The notes under the pieces were generated by a model. It made no database searches. It had not been told where the DNA came from and saw only the letters and a list, made by a program, of their open reading frames with translations. A program made the translations under genes and the position numbers. A stretch of DNA of 64,000 nucleotides from the human T2T-CHM13v2.0 reference genome, Homo sapiens, in NCBI RefSeq assembly GCF_009914755.1, contig NC_060926.1; one strand, written 5' to 3'. Below, one piece after another: positions 17,660 to 28,675 of the stretch (position 1 is its first letter; each line of letters opens with the position of its first letter).

Positions 17660-17800
17660 TTTATTCTTTCCCAATTTATAAATAAGGAAATCAGGGCATG
17701 AAGGGAACTTAAGTAATTTGCCCAAGACCACATCTAATAAGAAGCAGAGTTGGTTTTTGAATCCACATCTCTTAATTCAAACCTCGGCAATTTTCACAGT
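17660..17800 (-). mobile_element. MIR
   Basis: aaggaaatcagggc..taagtaatttgcccaagaccaca is the reverse MIR core. Confidence 0.7.
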
Positions 17801-17921
17801 AAAAAAAGCCGGGGTGGGGGGGGAAGCATATTTGCAGAAAAGAAAACTCTTTCTATTATCGCACTGCCAGAATATTCTTTATCATAAACCTAACACCCAC
17901 ATGCTGTATTTAAATGCAGTT

Positions 17922-18229
17922 GTCCTCTACACCAGTTTCCTAGGGCTGCTGTAACAAATACCACAGTCTTGGAAGCTTAAAACAACAAAAATGTATTCTC
18001 CCACAGTTCTGGGGGCTGGAAATCTAAAATCAAAGTATCATCAGGAGATTTCTTTAGGGGGTTCTGAGAGAGAATCTGTTCCATGCCACTTCTAGCTTCT
18101 TGTTGTTGCTGGAAATCTCTGGTGTTCTCTGGCTTGTGCATAATTCCAATCTTTGCCCCTGTAGTCACGCAGCATTCTCCCTGCCTGTGTCTTTCTGTGT
18201 CTGTGTTTTTTCTCTTATAAGGATATCAG
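17922..18229 (-). mobile_element. MLT1 (MaLR) LTR fragment
   Basis: tagggctgctgtaacaaataccaca..gcttaaaacaac..cacagttctggggg is the MLT1 signature. Confidence 0.8.
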
Positions 18230-18239
18230 GAATTTTGTA

Positions 18240-18300
18240 TGAGTTTGAGACTAGCCTGGGCAACATAACGAGACCCCCACCTCAAAAAAGAAAAAAAAAT
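18240..18300 (+). mobile_element. Alu/FLAM monomer fragment
   Basis: gagtttgagactagcctgggcaacata...A-tail. Confidence 0.7.
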
Positions 18301-18470
18301 TATAAGAAAAAAATCCAATTGGTCTAGCGAGGTTTTAGTGTCCAGAACAAACAGCAGTCAGGAACCTGTTTCTTTAGACCCTTTTGGAGGCAAGGGAACC
18401 ATTGACTTGTGGGCTAGGCATACTCCTCCAAAAATATCTACTACAGACTCCAAATATGAAAACAAAAAAC

Positions 18471-18503
18471 TAGATAGATAGATGGATAGATAGATAGATG
18501 ATA
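18471..18503. repeat. (GATA)n microsatellite
   Basis: Seen directly. Confidence 0.9.
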
Positions 18504-18844
18504 AACACATATATGTTCATATGCATGCATGTGCATATGAAAAGTTATTAATCAAGTTAATTAAATATTAACATTTTTCTAAAACAATTTAGCCAGCATG
18601 CATATATTTGAAACAAATTATTATTTTTGTTATTAACAGACCATGTTCTACTTTAGCTGGGTTAAATACACATCGTCATTTTAATCCTGCAAATACTTTC
18701 TTACAGACAATATTCCAAGTGCTGTTTGACAATACTAAAATCAGTAAAACTGTTACTACTTTCTAGGAATTTGCAAACAAATATGTAGGGAGAATAACAA
18801 GTGCAAAAGCAACTCTTCCAAATTCCTTTTTTCTAAACTTTGGT

Positions 18845-19365
18845 GGTTAAGTTTTACTCTTCTTGTCTCTTCTCTTTATACTCCTCCTTTGTCAATCAAA
18901 CCTATTCTCTGGCTACAGCCATTACCTGTACATGAATAACCACCAATTCTATATTTCTAGCACAGACTTCCCACCCAAGTTCCATCCCTGCAATTTCTTG
19001 ATGTCTGCTGGACCTCTCCACCTATATGTGCCAATAGCCTTTCAAATGCAAGAAACATGTCCAGCAGTTAAGTCAATCCTCTTGCTCTCCTCTTCTCCAA
19101 ACTTGCATTTCTGTTTTTACTAAAATCAATACCATTGTCCCAATGATCCAGTTCCAAATCTTATGATTGCATTTGACTTTACCTTCTCCAATATACATAA
19201 TCAAGTATCAAATTTTGTTGATTCTACTCTAACAATATCAAATTCATACACTTTCCATTTCCACTGCCACTTTTCTGGTTCAAGTGTTTATTTCTTCTAA
19301 TGTGATTGTAAAAACTTTTCTTCCAATTCTCTTTACCTCTAGTTATGACTCTTCTAGTCCCTCCG
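18845..19365 (+). mobile_element. L2 LINE fragment
   Basis: atatttctagcacagacttc...ctgctggacctctccacct is L2-like. Confidence 0.65.
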
Positions 19366-19422
19366 TGATTTAAACATTAAAAATTAGCAGTGAAATTTTG
19401 TTTTCAAATAAAATCATATATG

Positions 19423-19684
<262 letters not shown>

Positions 19685-20889
19685 TTAATTTTCTTTCATT
19701 AAAATCAAAAATACAACAAACCAGTCTGAAATGACACAGTAAACTACATCTCTATCACCAAATATGAGTAGATAGCCTCAGAACTATTACTCCATAGGAT
19801 TTTCCAATAGAATTTCTTCCTTCTTTGTTATATTTCAAGCAACTTGAATAAAAATGAATTCCTTGATGCCTCTGAGTTTTGAGGCAAAATGTATAAATTT
19901 TAAAAATGCTTTAGTAAGTATATAATTTTTAATTTTAGTGCAAAATTTTCCATGGTATTTTAGACTATGAACTATTAGTGGAATACCCAATACTCTTTGA
20001 CTTTTTGTTTTTATATACTCTGGTTTCCTAATCAAGAAAAACAAAGTGAGCCAAATATTTTTGGTTTTCTCTTCTAGTAGTGTATGTAATGGTAATTCAT
20101 CTTCTTCCTAAATTATAATCTATTACTGCATATTCTTGTCATCCCAAGCAAGAACCTGAAACTCGGAAAGATAGAAACTAGTAGCTCATTTTTTTTCAGC
20201 ATCGGAGAGTAGCAGTTGCTGAATAACTAGTATTACATTACTGGGTTGCCCCTACCTAGTTTTGTCACATTATACCACTTTACTTTTAGAAAGCATTACA
20301 ATATGGCCTTTCTCTTCTTCTTCTTTTTTTTTTAATCAAGTTCATAATGTTCAGTAATATGGCCTTCCTAAGGAGTTGATCTCACCTATGAAATGGGGGT
20401 AATGCTCTCTGTTTGTGAATCAAATAACATAAGAATAGTAAAATCATTTAAAAGCTATAAAACAGAAGATACTTTAATATAGTTCTACACTTGTAATTTA
20501 TGCCTAATGTCCAGAAAAATAAACAAACAAGAATAATTGAGTAAAAGTCCTTGAAAAATCAGTTAATAAATGCTTTTAAATACTTTGTGGATTATTTGCA
20601 TGATAATAATTTAATCAAGGTGGAAGACACTCATGCTTAAAAGTTATAAAGTTTCTTCATATCAAAGAACCTTAAATTCAATCAAAATGATTCGAGAGTT
20701 TTTTCTCATATCAACGTAGCATTCATTTTGCCTTTTGAAATGAAAAGCAGACTTTGGCTTTTATTTAATAATTAATAGATGTATTGTCATTATATAGTAT
20801 CTTATGTTTAAATAGAGCTTCCTAGTTAAGTATTTTCATATATACTATCTCAGTTAATCTTCAAAACAATTCTGTAAACTGTCTGCTAT

Positions 20890-21620
20890 GTGGTAGGAAA
20901 AGATTCTTCTGCTGGGAAATAATTTTTTGGCTGAATTTGAAGGATTAATAAGACCCTTAAAGGCAAGACAAGGGAAGGATGAGTTTCCAGGAAAAGGGAA
21001 AGAGTATATGGATAAGTGCGGAGAAGTGAAACATTATTACCTATTTGGTATACTGCAGGTAACACAGAACGGTTGAGCATAGAGCACTAAAAAGACATGG
21101 CAAGAGATGGGGCTCTCAAGAGCCAGAAAATGATCTTGCATGCTGTGCTAAGGAATTTTAATTTATGTTGTTTAAAGTGAGAAACCAGTTAATGATTTTA
21201 TTCAAGGAAGTGACGCGATTTTACTTGCAACAGTTAGGAGAATGAGAAAGAACACGTGTTCCAAGAGTGAGATGATGAGAGGCTGAACTAATACAGTGGC
21301 AGTGAGGAATGAATTTGCAAGACATTCAGAAAATGGAATTCACGGGATTCAGTTAACGACGTGATGAGGAATTAGAGAAATGGAGAAGCTGAAGATAACA
21401 TCCAAGCTTCTAATTTAGAGGACTGGGTTGATAGTGGGCATCGTCAAAGTGCTAGGCAGCACAGGGGGAAGAACAGATCCAAGGAGGCAGAGGGGCAGGG
21501 GAGAAAATCATTTGGAGATGTTGAGTTTGAGCCATCTGTAACAAATTAACATGAAGATGCTCTATAGGTAGTTTTAAAAGGAGGAAGTCGAGAGTAAGGT
21601 GAATGTTTGGATTTAAGAAC
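20890..21620 (-). mobile_element. L2 fragment
   Basis: Purine-rich reverse L2 motifs (tgctaaggaattttaattt.., tttggagatgttgagtttgag). Confidence 0.6.
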
Positions 21621-22803
21621 ACCAGTGATCATTCTTTCTCTTCTTGAACACCCCCTTAGGAATGATAAGATGAACTCTAAAGGATATATGTGGTAAGAAC
21701 ACCAAAAAAAAAAAAAAAAAAAAAAAGAGGGATCCCACTGTTTCTTTCCTCCTTCAGGCAGGATAAAATTTTTAAACTGTTTGGTTAAAAAAAAAAAAGT
21801 GGGTTTTGTTTTAGTTGGTTGTCTCTGAGGGGGCATAGAAATCACTGTTCGTATTTTCTCTTAACTTCTATGCTAAGAATCTCTGTTGAGGTTGAGAGTT
21901 TAATTAAAAACTCTAGATTAAAGAAAACACAGATTAAAGGGAGAAACAAGTCAGTAAGATCTGCTTTAGGCAAGAAGGGTTTTTGAAGACCCTTCTGGAC
22001 TCAATGATTTCCAACTACCGAGGTCCCCCAAAATGGATCCGTGATATTATCTGCAATGGCGATTCACACAACTGAAAAAGAGTACAGCCTAGCAATAAAG
22101 ACACCTACAAAGTCATGAATGAAAAGAAACAGAGCCATGCACAGTGCAATTCTGTTATCATCATTTATGGAGTGTTGCCACTAACGATAATGGTAAAAAT
22201 TTCCAGCTTCAGAGCACTGCTATGAATCTATATGTCAGGCCAAATAGTAGAAGAGAAAATGGAATAAAGTATTCTCTATTCTTGAGGCTGCACACTACCT
22301 GTATTTGCTATGACTATTTCTGAGGCCCCAAGAAACTTCCAGGAAACTCAAATCTTTCACGGTGATTCATCTGGCAGGGCCTTATGAAACTTTTATTGTG
22401 GATTGTTCAAATTTTGAGGAAATTAGTGTCTACAGACAGAGTGATCTTTCAGACTGAATTTAGATCCAGTCATGGATTACAGAGTGAAATCAGAGGAGGA
22501 CTGGGAGACATGATCAATCAAGTTCATTAAAACTAGAATTTTTATTCCCTTCTCTGCAGAAGGAGGCCTAAAACTCACCCATTAACTGCATGGGAATCAC
22601 TGCTTCATGGTCTTGCATTTTTTTCAGTATTTTAGAAAAACATGTAGAAGGGGCACAGACATATACAATGAGACAGTCTATGAGTCAGAAAAACTGTTGT
22701 AGGGCTGTATTCTAAGAGATACTTCCTATTTGACTATAGGGAAGTTATTTTATTTTGTTGGTCTATCTGCATCTTTTAAAAAAAGATTTAAAAAGTCAGA
22801 ATA

Positions 22804-23189
<386 letters not shown>

Positions 23190-24149
23190 CTATCCATAGA
23201 AGTAAATTACTATCATTATTCTTTAAGAATAAACGAGTATAAATCCATTCTTCAATTCCGGTCTCTTTTCATTTTCTAATAATGACTTTCAAGTTTTCTT
23301 CCAATTTTTAAAAAATATCCCTATGCCTTAAGTTCCACCCTTCTTGGCTCATATATTTTACACACAAATTTTCTAATAAATAATATTACCAGGAGTTCCC
23401 AGGACTATGAGCTTAGACCTGTTACACTACTGGAATTTCACACTTTTACTGTCATTCTCCGTTTTCAATTCGTCCACGTCACAAAGCGAGTGAGAATATT
23501 ACATGGAGTATTTTACACCTGAAAATCTACTGTTGGTATTGTTTGTTTGTTTGAATCTGGGAAGAAATAAGGTGGAAGTAAGGCTAGAAATTTCTATAAA
23601 GAACATAATTTGCAACTGAAGGAAGAAAAATAGCTCTTCAGTTGTTTCTGGTTAATTGAGGATTCTACCAGATACACAGGAAGGAAGAAACAAGCCCCTA
23701 CCTACAGCACCTTCCTCCTCCTCCTCTATACCCCCCCACCCCCCAAAAAAAATCCAGGGTGTGAAAGTTGTAGAGTTGGGGACGTGGCTTTAGGTAACGG
23801 GACAACTGGTAAAGCTGATGGCATTCTTCACTCAACATGGGACAGTGTTCCAGTCCCTCTACCACAGGAGCGCCCGGCAGCGTAATCTCCGCTTTTTTGT
23901 GATCACCAGTGCCATCCGCAAATGCCTGAAGGAGGAACAGCGGGCTCCCTCACTTCTGAGGGACCCTGCCACATTCCTCCCTTCAAGTACATTCTCCCAT
24001 CCTAAAGAGGGGATTTGCCTTCTGTAATTTAAACGATAATATTCCTTAGGAGTCTTAGAATTGGCTTTCTTACTGTGACTTCGTATATACAACTCGACTA
24101 AAAGGCATGCCAAAAAAATTAAACAGCAACAAAATATTAGAAGCTGAAA

Positions 24150-25200
24150 AAGATAAAGCTACATAATAGCTGGATATTAAACATTACAATATCGCATTTA
24201 GGACGCAAACAGCGCTGCAGTGCAAATGGAACTTTAAAAAATCTGCCCGCCCACGTAGACAAAGCTACTTTACAAAAGCGCACGCGTCGATATCAATCGT
24301 ACCCTACAACAGAGCATGGTTTAAAGTATCAGTGTACATTTTTTCCTAAACACAAGTTGCAAGTAAGTTATCTAAAATCGAACACCGCCACGAAAGAGAC
24401 CTCCAGGGTGCAATAAATAGGTATATCTCGTTGAAGTGGAGAAATGGCATCATGACCCTTTGGGTTGATGCAGATTACAGTGCGGAGGCTGTTCTCGAGA
24501 GAGAAACTAGAACTCAGCGTAAAATGCTGTAGTAGGGGAAATCGACCAAAGACGAGATTTTGAAAGCCTTTTGAAAGTCGTTTTTCTAGCTAAAAAGAAA
24601 AAGTGACTTATTCAGGACTGACTCCCCCTGCCAGTCCCAGGAAACAGGAGCAGCCCGGCGCGCCCGGGAGCCCCGCAGCGCAGTGCGCACTGCGGCTCCA
24701 GAACGAAGGGCTGGCGCCCGCCAGATTCTAAACGTGCTCGGCTGCCGCAGCCCGCCGGGGCCGCGCGCCGTGGTCCGCGCGACTCCGCGCTCCGGGTTTC
24801 CGCGGTCACCAGCACTGGCGGAAGAGCCCTGCCGAGAGGGGACAGCCGCGGGCGGTGTCCCGGGAGTCCCGAGAGCGCGCTCCCCCTTTGCGCAACCTTC
24901 CCGAGGCGTCCTGCCCGGGAAGCCAGTTCCTGGGTTCTGGGCTGGCTAGGTTGGCAGCGAATGAGGCTTAGGCATCACTGCCTGAGGCCCTCACTTAGCA
25001 TGTCGACAGCCACAGACTTGTCTGGCGGAGTTTCTCCTGGTGCCCACTTAAGTAGTCTCAAGTTTGTTCAAAGCTGGACTCCTCGACTTGGAACCAGGAG
25101 CAGCTGGAGATTTGTCAATTTAGAGCTCATTTGCCACGGGAGACGCTCTTGGTGTCCCCAGCACCGAAGGGTAGGTCAACTCTACAGTTTTCCTGAACAT
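24150..25200. promoter_or_regulatory. VSNL1: Upstream CpG island of VSNL1 (GC core 24620-24960), probable alternative or bidirectional promoter
   Basis: High CpG density against a CpG-depleted background. Confidence 0.75.
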
Positions 25201-26029
25201 GATAAGGTGTGTGAAGACGCTGTGCAAATTGTACAGCGCTCTGCTTAAGGAGAACCTCGATCTTCATCTCGCCCCCAGAACTTCCCTCCCTTGAAAATAA
25301 AACTCCCACCTGAATGTAAAGCCCAGGAGGGGGTTTTGTTAACCGCACTTATTCCCAAAGCATAAAGGAATGTCTAATAGTTTTGCAAATGCTTCCATGA
25401 ATAATTGTTGAATGAGTTCATGTACAACATACACACTTGAGGAAAACTGGTCTGGTTGGGAACATCTGGGAATTCTCCTTGCTTTTCTGGTAGGGAAGCG
25501 ACCGACCAAACATTTATTGGGCACTACTCCTTGCCAAGCCTTCTAGGCTTTGGCAGGCCAATGGGGAGCCGGGGGAGGGCTGGCAAACCTGTTAGTTGTT
25601 CAAGGACACAAAGGGGGCTTTATAAGATGGCCTAATCAGAGCCCTTAAACGTGGGTTCGCAAAATGGTTCATTCCCGCCCTTTCACCCACCCCCTCCCAC
25701 CCCAGACGCAAAGCATATGTTAAAAACACTTAAGTGCATACAGAAGGCGCTTGGCTCAGGGTACACAGGGCAAGAAGCCTCGGATCCCAGCTCCCTTTAA
25801 CACACATTTTTTCAACGCCGTTCTGGACCGAGACTGTCCGGGGCACTGGGTGCTGCAGGACCCGGCTCCCAGTACTCCTAGCAGAAGACCCTCTGATGAA
25901 ATGGCCCATGACAAAATGACCACCATAACCGTTCCTTCAGTAAGCCAGGTAGACGTGCTCACAGCTTGCTGGGAAGTCTTCTTTCGGAGATTTCTGCAGT
26001 TTTCTCCTTCACCTTACAGCCTAACAAAG

Positions 26030-26560
26030 GGTGGGCCGGGGGTCGGCTAGGACAGAAAGCAGCGGGAAAAGCGGCTCCACGTGTTCCATCTCTGGCCTCG
26101 GCCTTCAGCCCCCAGGTTCGGTAACCACTGGGCGTGGCGAGTCAGGGTAACCCGCAGTCCCTCGCGCCCGTCCAGGTGCGGGTTGCTCCGGTAGCCGGAC
26201 TCCCTTTTCCTATATACTTTCCTTTTGAGCTTTTGCTAAAATCTGGAGACGTGGAATCCACCCGCGGAAACTCCGAGCCCCTCCGACTGAGCATGCGCCA
26301 TCGCCAGGCGGCTTTTGGTCACAGGCTCCCGAGTTCTCCTAGCTGGGGCTGCGGAGCTGGGGGGAGGGAAGAGAGGAAAGGGGAGGGGGTGCCTGGAGAG
26401 GCGGAGGCTCGCGCGCCTGCGCATCCAGCTCCAGGGACCCTAGGTTTTCTATGGGATTCCCAATCTGCAGCAGAGATTTACCCGAGCGTGTTGCGGCAGC
26501 GGCTGGGCTTGCAAGGCGCGATCCAAGAGGGATTTAAGCAGCCCAGAGCTCCAGAGAAAA
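26030..26560 (+). promoter_or_regulatory. VSNL1: VSNL1 main CpG-island promoter
   Basis: CpG-rich; E-box CACGTG ~26078; G-tracts; NRF1 site just upstream of exon 1. Confidence 0.8.
26412..26423 (-). promoter_or_regulatory. NRF1 binding site (TGCGCAGGCGCG)
   Basis: Matches the NRF1 consensus; NRF1 control of the VSNL1 promoter is recalled from the literature. Confidence 0.75.
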
Positions 26561-26684
26561 AGAGAGCGAGAGAGAACCACACACAGAGACGGCTTAAGCG
26601 TTTACCCGAATTAAATATATATTTTTAAAAAGAACTGTTGAGTTTTATCATTTTCGTTAAGTGACCGTGCGCAGCGCTGTAACT
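26460..26684 (+). other. VSNL1: VSNL1 (VILIP-1) non-coding exon 1; start approximate
   Basis: Ends ..gtgaccgtgcgcagcgctgtaact|GTAAGT (donor 26685-26690), matching the recalled VSNL1 5'UTR; position next to RAD51AP2 fits. Confidence 0.8.
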
Positions 26685-28574
26685 GTAAGTGGAAAATACA
26701 ATCTTCGTTGCATTTCTGCATGTGTAGTGCAACCAACTGTCAGAGAAATGCTTTGGCTATTGTCACATACTTTGCTTTGCATAGATGCGTCTAAATGCAT
26801 GGGGACAATTTCCTTGCTTAATGCTGGCGATCTGAATGTGCTCTTAGTCCATGGGGGATCTTTTGGAATATTGGGGGTGGGGGAAGGGGGAGTGTTTATA
26901 TGCGGCGTGTTTGGGGGATTGTCTTAGACTAGATTTAAGACAGGTGAAACTGAGATGCTTTCTTAGTTTGTCTTAGACAGATTTAAGTAGCTAATTGACC
27001 GATTGTGAAGTTTTCCGGTTGCTGATAAAACTATTGAGCGGGTACAGTCGAGTAGCAACCTGTCATCCGTGGGATTGGTGCACCATTTTTCTCACCGTGG
27101 AAGGGCAGCAAAGGTGTTTGCTAAGTAAAACTGAGTGGATGAGATTGGTATGGAAATCATGGTTGATCTCTGAGCGGGATGTTAGTGTTTAAGATCCACG
27201 GAGTCAGGCGCAAAATGAGCACATTTCTCTCAGTATTCAGAAATGAGTAGATAATTTTTTTCGTCTTTGATTTTTGTCACAATGGTGAATGGGCAGAAAA
27301 GGGAAAGATGCTCTACTGCACTGTCGATTTTGAACGGAGTCACAGGCTCGGTCGCTGAATGGGGACTGTCAGACCCAAACTAGTTACCTGCCTTTGCATT
27401 CCGTGTTCGCCATCCGGAATCTGGGGTTAAAAAATGTAAATCAAGGTGTGTTACATTTGGTAGTATTTCTTTAAAGGATAAAAGGTCGTTTTGTGTTTTG
27501 AGTTAAAATGGGTTGTTCCTTGCCCAGAAACTGGAAGAAGGGTCTTTGCAAGGTCAAACCCCGGGTGGAAATCAGAATGATGAATACCCTCAGGGGTACA
27601 AGAATGTGTACGTGGAAGGAGCGAGGAGAGGCTGATGCTCCCTGCATGGTGGAAATGATGAGTGCTCCGCATTGCCTGATCAATGCCCTGTGAGATGCCA
27701 GAGTGGGAATCCATTTTTCTAGAGTTGCCCTCCTGTCCGTATTTTGGAAACTAAAATAAAATAGAATTGTTGGTGGTTGTGGAGAACACTAAGTACATAC
27801 TATTTGTGTATCACTTTCCAGTTGAAGGCAAGAAAAGCTGGGGAGTTTTATTTCTACATATTAATATTTATTTTAATTTCTAAAGGAATTTCAGGTTGAG
27901 ACAAATTTAAAATGAAACTCTTGTGAAAACACATTTTACCCCCACTATCATTTAAACTGCCTACGTGTGTTTGTGTGTGTGGTGGGGGGGAGTAGGGGGT
28001 GATCCTACATCATTGAACAACTTACTTTTGAATGCACTCTCATTAAGCCTTGGGTATTTAATAACCCCAGAAAATGCTGCACTGAAGCAGGTTGGCAGAA
28101 TGGGCATGAGGCAGAAAGATGAGAAAAAAGCATGGCTAGTGCGTGCTGGATTTCCACGAAATAAGCAAATCCAATTTTGGGGATGAAATGAAATAAATTT
28201 TCCCTCAAATCGGGTGTGGGGGCCATCAAATAGGGCTCTTTGGCCCTTTGATCAGTCCAACCATTTGGAACCCCTCAAAGGAATTTATAATTTATTTAAA
28301 TGGATGAAATTTGTAATTGAAAATTCGAGAAGAACCTCTCATTGGAAATCCACAGTATAAATCATACTGCCTTGTCTATTCCTTCTTTCCTTACTCCAGG
28401 GCAGAAGGACTAATCATTTGTCATAATTGAGCCATACTCCCTGTCATCATTGAGCATTGGCATCAGTTCGATGAATGGTGCAGGTGTTGACACTGCATTG
28501 ATAAAGAGGGGTGGTAGAGGAAAAAGGGGGGAATTAGGTATCAAAACTGATAAATGCTTGGTCTTGGAGTCCCT

Positions 28575-28675
28575 GGCTCATAGGTTGACAGAGAGGATCA
28601 AGTTAGGCAGAGACCCTGTAAGGTATCTAGTCCAAACCCCTTGCTTTGTAGATGAGGAAACTGAGGCCCAGAACC
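28575..28675 (-). mobile_element. MIR
   Basis: agatgaggaaactgaggcccaga core. Confidence 0.75.

Noticed and set aside
24612-26628. Several ORFs in the CpG islands (up to 164 aa)
   Set aside because: Expected from stop-poor GC-rich DNA; no recognisable domain and mostly non-ATG starts.
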